From Planctomycetia bacterium (GTDB lineage Bacteria > Planctomycetota > Planctomycetia > Pirellulales > PALSA-1355): DNA of 64,000 bases. The translations under genes and the position numbers were made by a program. Where the stretch lies: assembly GCA_031400775.1 (NCBI GenBank), contig JANNQN010000055.1:9056-73055 (forward strand), written 5' to 3'. Position 1 is the first letter of the stretch; every line of letters begins with the position of its first letter. A model generated the notes under the pieces. It was not told the DNA's origin and did not search any database. It worked only from the letters and a program-made list of their open reading frames with translations. Positions 18,165 through 26,924 of the stretch are shown here, in pieces.

Positions 18165-19418
18165 CTAGGCGGCCAGCGCCGGCTGTGCCGGCCAACTCGG
18201 CTCTTGTGGACGGCGCCACAGCAAGTAGGTCCACAATGCAATCCCGCCCAAAAAAATCGCGATGCTGATGTTCTGCGAAATACTCATGCCCGTGTTGAAC
18301 ACGCTGGCCTCGTCGACGCGAATGATCTCGAGCAGGAACCGCGACAACGGGTGGATCGTGAGCAGTAAGGCCGTCAATTCGCCTTCGTGCTTCTTATACG
18401 GCTCGTAGGCCAGCAGGAGAAAACACAACAAAAGCGCATCGATCAGGCTGTAGAGCTGCGTCGGATGCACGGGCCGGCTGCGGGGGTCCTCGCCCTGGAC
18501 CGTCCACGCCATGTCGACCGGCTCGCCGGCAACTCGGATCGATACCGGCGTGCCGGTTCCATAAAGCTTCAGCAGCTCGAACTGTGCCCTCTTAACCGTA
18601 TCGATGGGCTGGCCGTTGATCCCGACCACGCGCAGTCCCGGCTTGAGCCCCTGCCCTGCTGCCTGCGACTCGGGTTCGACTCTTTCAATCAACGCCGGCT
18701 CGGTCGGCGAACCCGCGAAGACCAGGCCATGAATGTACAGCTCTCCGCGCTGCATTTGGTCGACATAGGGCGGACTGCCTTGCGGAAACTGGACCGCCCA
18801 GGGCAAGTCGCAGACGCCGCCGTAGCAGCAACCATTGAGAAAGCAGCCGATTCGTCCCAGGCCAACGCCCAGCACGACTCCCGGCGCAATCAAGTCAGCA
18901 AATGCCAGGGCGGGCAGGTGATGCCGGCGAACGAACAACAACATCGCCACACCGCCTGCCAGCAGCGAGCCATACACGACCAGGCCACCCTGCGTTACAT
19001 TGACCATCGCCAGCAGTGATTCGGCCAGCGTCGCCCGCTGGAACTCGGACCAATACTCGATGACGTAGAATAGTCGCGCGCCTATCAGCCCAAATACCAA
19101 GAACCAGACCGCCATCGAGAGCACAAGCTCGGGATCGAGGCCCACGCGCCTTGCCCGAACCATCGACAGCCCGACGGCCGAGGCCATTGCGACAAACAGC
19201 ATCACGCCGTAACCGCGAATCGGCAGGCCCTCGGATCCGACGAGCACTGGTAACACGAAAGCGATCACCGCGCCGATTCCGGCCAGCATAAATGTTTGAT
19301 CGCGCGTTTCCGATCGCCAGCCGTGCCGCACGAGCGACCACGCGGTCAACATCGTTGCGGCAACCGCCCAGAAGCCCAGTAGCCAGCGATAGTCGATGAC
19401 AAATAGCGTTTGATACAT
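18165..19418 (-). CDS. lgt: prolipoprotein diacylglyceryl transferase with a PDZ-like insertion
   Basis: 417 aa. Lgt signature 'GRIGCFLNGCCYG', 'LPWAVQFP', 'VHPTQLYS'. About 90 extra residues lie between them, including the PDZ-like 'GLKPGLRVVGINGQPIDTVKRAQFELL'. Confidence 0.85.
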   Translation of the reverse strand: MYQTLFVIDYRWLLGFWAVAATMLTAWSLVRHGWRSETRDQTFMLAGIGAVIAFVLPVLVGSEGLPIRGYGVMLFVAMASAVGLSMVRARRVGLDPELVLSMAVWFLVFGLIGARLFYVIEYWSEFQRATLAESLLAMVNVTQGGLVVYGSLLAGGVAMLLFVRRHHLPALAFADLIAPGVVLGVGLGRIGCFLNGCCYGGVCDLPWAVQFPQGSPPYVDQMQRGELYIHGLVFAGSPTEPALIERVEPESQAAGQGLKPGLRVVGINGQPIDTVKRAQFELLKLYGTGTPVSIRVAGEPVDMAWTVQGEDPRSRPVHPTQLYSLIDALLLCFLLLAYEPYKKHEGELTALLLTIHPLSRFLLEIIRVDEASVFNTGMSISQNISIAIFLGGIALWTYLLWRRPQEPSWPAQPALAA

Positions 19419-19472
19419 ACTGACTTTCTCTGCGTGCCGGCCTCAAATTACTGGCGCAATGCGCTCGATTCG

Positions 19473-20339
19473 TCAGGCGATGAATTCGTTGTCGATCAGC
19501 CGCGTCTTACCCACGCGGGCAGCGACGAGCGCCACGGTCGGGCGGTCGACGACGGTCCGCGGGTCCAGCGTGTCGGGGTCGGCGAGCGCCACGTATTCGA
19601 TCTCCAAATTCGACCCGCGCAAAACCTCTTGCATGCGCGCGATCACGGTCGGCGCGTCGCGAGTCCCTTCCCCTACCAACCGCGCCGCCAACCGCAAGCT
19701 TTTGGAAATCGCCAAGGCCCGTTCGCGCTCCTCAATGCTCAAGTACTGGTTTCGCGAGCTAAGGGCCAGGCCATCGGCCTCACGCACCGTGGGACAGACT
19801 TCCACGTGAATCGGCAAGTCGAGATCGCGCACCATCTGCCGCACCACGAGCGATTGCTGATAGTCTTTGCGCCCGAAGTAGGCGCGGTCGGGCTGAACCA
19901 AATGAAAGAGCTTGAGCACGATCGTGGCCACGCCGCGAAAATGTCCCGGCCGAAACACCCCTTCCAATTGCAGGGCCAGTCCCGCGACTTCGACGTGCGT
20001 GGCGTGGCCGGCCGCATACATCGATTCAGTCGATGGCGCAAAAACCAGCTGCGCGCCGTGCCCGCTGAGCAGTTCCAGATCTTCCGCCAGCCTGCGCGGA
20101 TACTTGCCAAAATCCTCGCCCGGTCCGAATTGCGTCGGATTGACGAAGATGGTGACGATCGTCAGATCGCACTCGCGGCTGGCCGCATCGGCCAGGCTCA
20201 CGTGGCCGGCATGCAAGGCGCCCATCGTCGGCACGACTCCGACCGTCTGGCCAGCGCGACGGGCCGCGGCCACTTCGCGACGCAACTCGTCGACGTTGGC
20301 GATCACTCGGGTTGGAGCCGCGGCGTGGGACGTCTTCAT
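19473..20339 (-). CDS. panC: pantoate--beta-alanine ligase
   Basis: 'VGVVPTMGALHAGHVSL', 'IVTIFVNPTQFGPGEDF', 'YFGRKDYQQ'. Confidence 0.92.
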   Translation of the reverse strand: MKTSHAAAPTRVIANVDELRREVAAARRAGQTVGVVPTMGALHAGHVSLADAASRECDLTIVTIFVNPTQFGPGEDFGKYPRRLAEDLELLSGHGAQLVFAPSTESMYAAGHATHVEVAGLALQLEGVFRPGHFRGVATIVLKLFHLVQPDRAYFGRKDYQQSLVVRQMVRDLDLPIHVEVCPTVREADGLALSSRNQYLSIEERERALAISKSLRLAARLVGEGTRDAPTVIARMQEVLRGSNLEIEYVALADPDTLDPRTVVDRPTVALVAARVGKTRLIDNEFIA

Positions 20340-20394
20340 GCGATTCTTGCGGAGGTCCGCGGATGGGAACTGTCGTTAAACCGCGCCGCCGGGG

Positions 20395-21447
20395 TCATTG
20401 CATCGAGGTAATGGCGGCCGATATCTCTTCGTATTGCGTTCGCTGGTCTGTGCGACCTGTAAACAAGAGCGGGCCCAAACCTTGACGACTCGCCAACCGC
20501 AGCAACTCCTGTCGCAGCCGCTCGGTTGGCGGCGAGTCGCCATCCACGGCAGTAAATTGTTGTTCTGGCGGCCGCGACTGGCCAGGGGGCGGTGAGTCGA
20601 AGACGATCAATAATTTTGGCAATACGACCCGCTGTCCGGCTTCCTGCCAGGCATGGGTAAACGCCGCTTGCTGGTCTTGGTCCAACTCGAATCGAGCGTA
20701 TGCCAGGCATTGATCCAGGTAAAAATCGCTGACCGCCAATTGCTCTGGCCGGGGCCAGTTGGACCTCGCCAGCAAGCTGGAGAAGCGATCGAGGAATTGT
20801 ATCTGTCGCGCGAAACGGTGACTAGGCGGATCGACCGTGTCCTGGGGCCTTCTATCGGGCGTTTTCGCGGTTGTCGCGACCAATCCATGCACCAGCAGTC
20901 GACCGTCGAAGGCCTGCGCCAGCGACGCGGCTAGCGCGGTCTTGCCGCTGCCGGGCAATCCGAGCAGGGCCACGTACTCGGCCGCCGAATCGAGATGCTC
21001 GAGCAAGCGACCGACCGTCCAGCCGATCGTGGGATGAACCATCTCCGGTGCGACCTCGACGGCGGCTTCCAACACGAAGCGCCGAAAGGCCATCCGCGGA
21101 TGCGGCACGACCAACTGGGGGGTCTCAATCACCTGGTCCTCGTAGAGCAGCAAGTCGAGATCAATCGCGCGGGCTTCCCAGCGCTCGACGCGACGGCGTC
21201 CCAGGTCCAGCTCGATCTGCCGCAGTGCCAAATGCAGTTGCTCGGCGCTGGCCGTGGTTTCCAGCCGCACGGCGGCATTGAGAAACGGCCCCTGGTTGGC
21301 CGGTCCGCCGACGGGGGCCGTCTCGTGCCAGCCGCTGCGGCGGAGCGCGACGGTTTGCTCAAGGGCGCCGAGGCGTTCGATCGCGGCATTGAGCGTTTGC
21401 ACACGATCGCCCAAATTGGCCCCCAGGGCGATGAGCGAGCTGGCCAT
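20395..21447 (-). CDS. folK: 2-amino-4-hydroxy-6-hydroxymethyldihydropteridine diphosphokinase (HPPK) fused to a C-terminal P-loop (deoxynucleoside-kinase-like) domain
   Basis: N-terminus 'SLIALGANLGDR', 'WHETAPVGGP', 'IDLDLLLYEDQ', 'VVPHPRMAFRRFVL'. C-terminal ~190 aa begin with Walker A 'LLGLPGSGKTALA'. Confidence 0.85.
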   Translation of the reverse strand: MASSLIALGANLGDRVQTLNAAIERLGALEQTVALRRSGWHETAPVGGPANQGPFLNAAVRLETTASAEQLHLALRQIELDLGRRRVERWEARAIDLDLLLYEDQVIETPQLVVPHPRMAFRRFVLEAAVEVAPEMVHPTIGWTVGRLLEHLDSAAEYVALLGLPGSGKTALAASLAQAFDGRLLVHGLVATTAKTPDRRPQDTVDPPSHRFARQIQFLDRFSSLLARSNWPRPEQLAVSDFYLDQCLAYARFELDQDQQAAFTHAWQEAGQRVVLPKLLIVFDSPPPGQSRPPEQQFTAVDGDSPPTERLRQELLRLASRQGLGPLLFTGRTDQRTQYEEISAAITSMQ

Positions 21448-21630
21448 GGATCACCGAAAGCCACGGTTGATCTAGAGGGAGCACGCCCGCATCGACGAGC
21501 ACGGGCGCCTAGCCTCGGTACAAGCACGGTCGGCGCCCCAGGCGCCTGCGAACCGCTACAATTTTACCGGGCAATCGATGATGTGAGAAATACGCGGTGC
21601 GAGATTTCAGCCAGGGGTAGGTGCGTATTA

Positions 21631-21706
21631 CCAGAAAAAACCTAGGGGGGGCATCCGAGCCACGACCGGGGCCGTCGACTTTCGATCCGTTCAGTCGCCG
21701 CCCCCC
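21631..21706 (-). terminator. GC-clamped branched hairpin followed by U6 on the minus strand (terminator-like, or the 3' end of an unannotated RNA)
   Basis: GGGGGGGC (21645-21652) pairs with GCCCCCC (20700-series: 21700-21706) around a 47-nt interior holding CGAC/GTCG sub-stems. The minus strand then continues UAGGUUUUUUCUGG (21644-21631). Confidence 0.45.
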
Positions 21707-21960
21707 AAGCTGCATTGATATCGAGCGAACCAGCACACACTACAACCTGGCGAGCTCGCGACGTAGCGCGAATCCGCCCCGCTCACGAAGGAGCGTCGGG
21801 GCAACGATACCAAACTCGTGGCTGCGCAGCGCGAAGGTCTCTCTACTTGCCGGCGATAGGACCGCGATTTATCGCAAACCTTCAGACCACCACAGGTCAG
21901 CCACACACCAAGAACTCGGTGTCAGTCGAATTTCGTTTCGTTGCCTCGGTTGCATCAGAC

Positions 21961-22014
21961 GACATTTTGCGACCGGCGTCGAAAATGTCAAGCAACATTC
22001 TCGCCTATTTTTTT
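21961..22014 (+). other. two mutually exclusive hairpins followed by T7 (attenuator/terminator-like) on the plus strand
   Basis: Hairpin A: GACATTTT(g)CGAC-cggc-GTCG-AAAATGTC (21961-21989). Hairpin B: GAAAATGT-caagca-ACATTCTC (21981-22002, 7/8 bp), then gccta + T7 (22008-22014). A and B share 21981-21989. Confidence 0.4.
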
Positions 22015-22166
22015 GCGTGAAAGAATCCGCTTGCATTTTCCCGTTGGAGTTGTTCCCTTTCGCCGGCTCCCGACCCAGATTGGCCATGACAGCACGCAAG
22101 GCGATGGTCGGCGAGGCGCGATCGTTTCGCCTAGTGGCTCGCGGCGTCGAACCCGGCAAGTTCACT

Positions 22167-23216
22167 TCACGGTCCTGCGGTCTCATCAGAAATGTCGTCG
22201 GGAAGTGCTGTACTGTCGTCGACTGGCATTGTCATGTCGCGTCGAATTTTCACGGACTCGCTGCCTATCGACAAGGTTATTCCGAAATCATCCATTTGCG
22301 CAGTCAAATCCGGCAACCGATCCGGCACTTCGACCAACATGGCCTGGATCGGAGCGCGCACGTATTTTTCAAGAAATAGCGCCATTGTTCGGCCGCCGGC
22401 AGCTTCTAGATGCGCCCAGGCTGCTGATCCCGTATACGCTTCGCCACCCTGTGCCAAGAATGCCGCTTCAAGTTGTTGAAGTTTGGGGTTGGGAGTTGCG
22501 TCCAATACAATCAAGATCGGCGAATACCCGCTATTCTTGCAATCGATCGGAAAGTCCAGTTCTTCTTGCCATCGGCCTTGACCAGACGATGCAATTGTCA
22601 CGCGAATCTTAAACTCGTATGCCCGCTGCTCGCGAATGCAATCCACTTGTCGTCCCTTCAAGGCATCGTTTGCACGACGAATTGGGCTCTTCGTCGCCCC
22701 ATAAGGCACGCCTCCAATAGCGTGTACGATAATCGGCTCGAATAGATAGCCAGTCTCTTGTCCGGCCCGATTGTCGATGTCAAAAAACCACTTCCGCCAA
22801 AACATTAGTCCAGTCAACGCGCGTGCGCTCATCGTTCCATATTGCAGAAGTCCTCGTGGTCCAACTTGCTCAATTGTGGGAATGGGCTGTGTTTGCAGAA
22901 TCCGCTCGTATTTAAGTCGATGCTTGTGAAGGCTTGCTAGGCAAACGAAAAACGTATCGGCGTCGGAATTCAGCTTGAGTAGTTTTTCCAACAGTTCAAG
23001 GAAGTTGACGCCCGGAACTACAAGGGAAGAGAAATTCGCGTCACAAAAGAACGGGGGCAAGCTCTTCGGCAATTTAGGAAACTTTCGGACCAGCCCCAAG
23101 TCGATGGCGATGACCGCGACTAGGTACGAACACGCCTCGTCGGACAAAGTGGTTGCTTGTTCGCCGCCACCGCCTGACCGGGCCTTCTCGATCATCGCAC
23201 GCTGTGCTTGAGTCAA
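22167..23216 (-). CDS. putative restriction endonuclease / PD-(D/E)XK-like partner of the adjacent C5 methyltransferase (family unassigned)
   Basis: 349-aa ORF with protein-like composition in an A/T-richer segment. Its TTG start overlaps the methyltransferase TGA stop (TTGA; alternative ATG at 23195). Candidate catalytic motif 'RQVDCIREQRAYEFKIRV' (D-x9-E-x-K). Confidence 0.5.
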   Translation of the reverse strand: MTQAQRAMIEKARSGGGGEQATTLSDEACSYLVAVIAIDLGLVRKFPKLPKSLPPFFCDANFSSLVVPGVNFLELLEKLLKLNSDADTFFVCLASLHKHRLKYERILQTQPIPTIEQVGPRGLLQYGTMSARALTGLMFWRKWFFDIDNRAGQETGYLFEPIIVHAIGGVPYGATKSPIRRANDALKGRQVDCIREQRAYEFKIRVTIASSGQGRWQEELDFPIDCKNSGYSPILIVLDATPNPKLQQLEAAFLAQGGEAYTGSAAWAHLEAAGGRTMALFLEKYVRAPIQAMLVEVPDRLPDLTAQMDDFGITLSIGSESVKIRRDMTMPVDDSTALPDDISDETAGP

Positions 23217-24505
23217 ACCCGTAATGTCTTCTGAAGCTCAATCTCGGTGGACAGTCCGAATCGGGAACGCACTCTCTCGCTAACGGCTGTAAGGGCCGGG
23301 CTCATTCCGTTTGATAAAGTTGGAACAAAACTGAGCAAAGCTCCCTCAGGCTCAACGTGTAACTCGTCTCGACTGCGCAGATCATTAACGAGGCAGCGTG
23401 CAAAGTGTTCCGCGAGCCTGGGTGGAACAGCATTCCCGATCAACTGTATCTTTTCAGCCTTAGTGCCTGTGAACACGCAATCGTCGTCAAATGTTTGGAG
23501 TCTGGCGCATTCACGAATTGTCAACGGGCGATTTTCAGTCTGGTGGAGGAAATCACGTAATGCGCCGCCTGTAATGGCCTTGGCCGGCTCATTTGAATCC
23601 AATAGCCTGAGCCCAGCAGGTGCTCCACCTCTCTTTTCGGTTGGCGTGCCGTCTTTCACTCGTCTGAACGCTCGCTTGCGATAGCTGTCATGCCAAAGAC
23701 GCTCAGGCAAATCTCGCATCCTTTGACCAGGCTCAAGTAGCTTTGCACGTTCAAGGTCGATGCCTTCCAGCGGACGTGAATCATGGTCGGTCGGCCAGAG
23801 TGATCCAGAACATGGGGAGGGCAATCCAACAAGTGCGTCCGCCACCGATGGCGTGCGCGGCAAATGTGTGCCCGCAAGCCGCGATCCCGGGGCACCAAGT
23901 GCTGAATGTGTTGGCTCCGGAAAGGTTGGATTCCAGCCCAACCCACCAATTGCGATCACTCGCTTCCGGTGTTGAGGAACACCGTAATTCGCAGCATTGA
24001 TTTTTCGCAGGTGAACATGATATCCAGCGGCAATAAGAGGTTCCAGGAGGTCCAGAACAAACTTGCCATTGGCGCCGGTTATGAATCCCTCAACGTTCTC
24101 GAAAACAAACGCCTTTGGGCGCAACCGGGCAACAATCTTCGCGAAGACTGTGACAAGCGAATTTCTCTCGTCGTCGTCATGTCGCCGGCCAGCCGACGAA
24201 AAACCCTGGCATGGAGGTCCACCAGCGACAACCGTCGCCGAGGGAAGGTCAATTTCGGGCAGAATAAATGCGTCAATTACGTGGTTTCTATCAACGTTAT
24301 TCCGATATGTCGCAATAGCCGGGCTCCACGAATCAACTGCACAAACAAGATCAAAACCCGCACGCCTGAAACCGATGGAGAGGCCACCCGCACCACAAAA
24401 TAGGTCAACGAGCGTTGGCTTGAATTGCCCATGCATTCTTAAAAGGCTCCCAGCATTGCGGCATAGGTCCGACAAGCTCCGCAACCGATCCGCCGTTGCG
24501 GGCAT
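23213..24505 (-). CDS. DNA (cytosine-5)-methyltransferase
   Basis: Motif I 'LVDLFCGAGGLSIGF'; IV 'GGPPCQGFS'; VI 'FVFENVEGF'; VIII 'GVPQHRKRVIAIG'; X 'LIGNAVPPRLAE'. A long variable (target-recognition) region lies between VIII and IX. Confidence 0.93.
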   Translation of the reverse strand: MPATADRLRSLSDLCRNAGSLLRMHGQFKPTLVDLFCGAGGLSIGFRRAGFDLVCAVDSWSPAIATYRNNVDRNHVIDAFILPEIDLPSATVVAGGPPCQGFSSAGRRHDDDERNSLVTVFAKIVARLRPKAFVFENVEGFITGANGKFVLDLLEPLIAAGYHVHLRKINAANYGVPQHRKRVIAIGGLGWNPTFPEPTHSALGAPGSRLAGTHLPRTPSVADALVGLPSPCSGSLWPTDHDSRPLEGIDLERAKLLEPGQRMRDLPERLWHDSYRKRAFRRVKDGTPTEKRGGAPAGLRLLDSNEPAKAITGGALRDFLHQTENRPLTIRECARLQTFDDDCVFTGTKAEKIQLIGNAVPPRLAEHFARCLVNDLRSRDELHVEPEGALLSFVPTLSNGMSPALTAVSERVRSRFGLSTEIELQKTLRV

Positions 24506-24824
24506 GATGCGTAAGCTACCATGCCTCCAACATCAGTTGTAGTGGGCAACGTGGAAGGTGACCGCTAACGCCATCGAGGCAACTTGGCACGAATGAATCG
24601 GGAAGTCGGTCGGAGAACGGGACGCTTATGGGCCAATGCCATTGGAACTTCGGGAATGTCGCGTCCGTCGAATCGACGTCATACGGATTTCCAAAAACGA
24701 GTAAGCACGGCGCGAAAGCCAATTCAAACTGGAACACTCGCCACTGCCCTTGTACGCGGTGCGCCGCGTGGAATAGGATGAAGATAGCAGTTCATTCCAC
24801 GATCGAAAGCGGTGGAGCGCGCGT

Positions 24825-25682
24825 TTGAATCGAGACAAAGCCACGCCCGATGTTTCGCAACTGCGAGAGGCTTTTTTGCAGTGGAAGCAGGGCGATTGCC
24901 AGCTAGCAGGATCGGACTCGCGCGACGCGATCGGGTTTCTCGAGCAACTGCTGGGGCCGGCCGTGTGCCGCCGCCTGGGCATCTATCGCTTGAGCGACGA
25001 TTTTCTGCTCTCCGTCGTGATCCCAGTGTTCAACGAAGTCCACACGGTCGACGAAGTGATTCGTCGCGTGCGCGGTTGCGGTATCCGCTGCGAGTTGATC
25101 CTGGTCGACGATGGCAGCACCGACGGCACTCGCGCGGTGCTCGAGAAGTACCGCGACCAGCGAGATATTCAGGTCTTGCTCCACGACACGAACCAAGGCA
25201 AGGGCGCGGCGCTGAAGAACGGTTTCCAGCGCGCGCGGGGCGACGTCGTCGTGATTCAAGATGCGGACCTGGAGTACGACCCCGCGGATTACTCCCGGCT
25301 GCTACAGCCGATCATCGAGAACCAGGCCGACGTGGTCTTCGGCAGCCGCTTCATCGGCGACAGCCACCGCGTGCTCTATTTCTGGCACTCGGCCGGCAAC
25401 AAGTTTCTCACGCTGTTGTCCAACCTGTTCACGAATCTGAACCTTTCCGACATCGAAACGTGTTACAAAATGTTCCGTCGCGAGATCATCCAACAGATCG
25501 CGCCCACGCTCAAAGAAAAGCGTTTTGGCATCGAGCCGGAGTTGACCGCCAAGGTCGCGCGCATTCCCGGCGTGCGCATTTATGAGCGGCCGATCAGCTA
25601 CTCCGGACGCACGTATGCGCAAGGCAAGAAAATCGGTTGGCGCGACGGACTGCGGGCCCTGTGGTGCATTCTGAAGTACTAA
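24825..25682 (+). CDS. family 2 glycosyltransferase (polyprenol-phosphate sugar transferase-like)
   Basis: '[18 protein letters not shown]', '[13 protein letters not shown]', '[12 protein letters not shown]', 'GSRF'. TTG start at 24825. An alternative TTG at 24990 would give the usual short N-terminus. Confidence 0.85.
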   Translation: MNRDKATPDVSQLREAFLQWKQGDCQLAGSDSRDAIGFLEQLLGPAVCRRLGIYRLSDDFLLSVVIPVFNEVHTVDEVIRRVRGCGIRCELILVDDGSTDGTRAVLEKYRDQRDIQVLLHDTNQGKGAALKNGFQRARGDVVVIQDADLEYDPADYSRLLQPIIENQADVVFGSRFIGDSHRVLYFWHSAGNKFLTLLSNLFTNLNLSDIETCYKMFRREIIQQIAPTLKEKRFGIEPELTAKVARIPGVRIYERPISYSGRTYAQGKKIGWRDGLRALWCILKY

Positions 25683-25799
25683 TCTCGCCGACCGGCGGGG
25701 CGCTCGACTGGGCCGCCGCGTCGAAATCGATACAATGGGCCATTTGCCGCGGCGATTGCGGCCGATCTCTGAACCGCCACGCGCTCGAGGGCTGTAACC

Positions 25800-26909
25800 G
25801 TGATTGTCGGCGTTCCCAAGGAGATCAAGCGCGACGAATATCGCGTCGCCATCCTGCCGGTCGGGGTCGAAGAGTTGGTCCGCGCCGGCCACCGGGTGCT
25901 GGTCGAAACCGGGGCCGGAGCTGGCTCGGGACTGACCGATCTGGCGTATCAGAATAGCGGCGCCGAGCTGGTCGCTTCGCCCGCCGAGATTTTTGCCCGC
26001 GCCGACATGATTCTTAAGGTCAAAGAGCCGCTGCCGACCGAATGGCCCCTGTTGCGTCCCGGGCAGATCGTGTTCACCTACTTCCACTTCGCGGCCGATC
26101 GGCAATTGACCGAGGCGGTGCTCAAATCGGGCGCCACGGCGGCCGCCTACGAAACGTTGCGAGACGACCAGGGACGATTGCCGCTACTGACGCCGATGAG
26201 CGAAGTGGCCGGCCGGATGAGCATTCAAGAAGGGGCCAAGTACCTGGAACGGCCCCAGATGGGGCGCGGGATTCTACTGGGCGGAGTGCCCGGCGTGGCG
26301 CCCGCGCATATCACGATCCTGGGCGGCGGAATCGTGGGCGCGAACGCCGCCAAAGTGGCAGCCGGCTTTGGCGCGGACATCTGCCTGTTGGATATCAACA
26401 TGGAGCGGTTGCGCTATCTGGACGATATCATGCCGGCCAACGTCGATGTGTTGTTCAGCGACCGGCACACGATTCGCGAGCAACTCGAACGGGCCGATCT
26501 GGTCATCGGCGCCGTGCTCATTCCCGGCGCCAGGGCCCCGCGGCTAATCGAGCGCCGAGATCTGGCGGTCATGAAGCCTGGCAGCGTGATCATCGACGTG
26601 GCGATCGATCAGGGAGGCTGTGTCGAAACCAGCCGGCCCACTACCCACAGCGAACCGACCTACATCGTCGACGAAGTGCTGCACTATTGCGTTACTAATA
26701 TGCCGGGCGCCGTGGGTCGCACCAGCACCTATGCCCTGTGCAACGTGACGCTTCCCTGGGCCCTGGCAATCGCCAAGGGCGGCATCGAGCAAGCCGCCGC
26801 CCAGTCGCGCGCGGTGGCCCGCAGCATCAATATCATGGCAGGTGAAATCACCAATGTGGCCGTCGCACGGACATTTGACATGCCGTGCAATCGGCGATTC
26901 GACGTTTAA
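25800..26909 (+). CDS. ald: alanine dehydrogenase
   Basis: GTG start. 'MIVGVPKEIKRDEYRVAILP', 'ITILGGGIVGANAAKVAAGFGA', 'VIGAVLIPGARAPRL'. Confidence 0.92.
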   Translation: MIVGVPKEIKRDEYRVAILPVGVEELVRAGHRVLVETGAGAGSGLTDLAYQNSGAELVASPAEIFARADMILKVKEPLPTEWPLLRPGQIVFTYFHFAADRQLTEAVLKSGATAAAYETLRDDQGRLPLLTPMSEVAGRMSIQEGAKYLERPQMGRGILLGGVPGVAPAHITILGGGIVGANAAKVAAGFGADICLLDINMERLRYLDDIMPANVDVLFSDRHTIREQLERADLVIGAVLIPGARAPRLIERRDLAVMKPGSVIIDVAIDQGGCVETSRPTTHSEPTYIVDEVLHYCVTNMPGAVGRTSTYALCNVTLPWALAIAKGGIEQAAAQSRAVARSINIMAGEITNVAVARTFDMPCNRRFDV

Positions 26910-26924
26910 GAGGAATCCCACTCC

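Noticed and set aside
21645-22014. Possible tmRNA gene: a G-run 5' end, 'CACGACCGGGG' resembling the conserved 'UUCGACGGGG', about 370 nt long, with a terminator at the end.
   Set aside because: - I could not find a T-arm (GGTTCGAnTCC-like) or an acceptor 3' strand plus CCA near the 3' end.
- The only GCCCCCC complement lies just 55 nt from the 5' end.
- No reading frame gives a plausible ...ALAA-type tag.
- The minus-strand alternative would run into folK.
- I kept it only as an unassigned structured region; cmscan should decide.
24585-24600. Perfect sigma-54 -24 box TGGCACG upstream of the glycosyltransferase.
   Set aside because: - The -12 position reads AATC instead of TTGC.
- The element lies about 240 nt from the gene.
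- It is probably a chance match.
24516-24737. 73-aa ORF immediately upstream of, and co-oriented with, the methyltransferase (possible R-M controller protein).
   Set aside because: - It has no helix-turn-helix pattern.
- It is Pro/Phe/Trp-rich and has a GTG start with no SD.
- It does not resemble C-proteins, so it is not called as a gene.
21679-24809. 9-bp inverted match (CTTTCGATC at 21679 and GATCGAAAG at 24801) flanking the island, as possible terminal repeats.
   Set aside because: - The match does not extend beyond 9 bp.
- About one such match is expected by chance between flanks of this size.
- No transposase or integrase is present.
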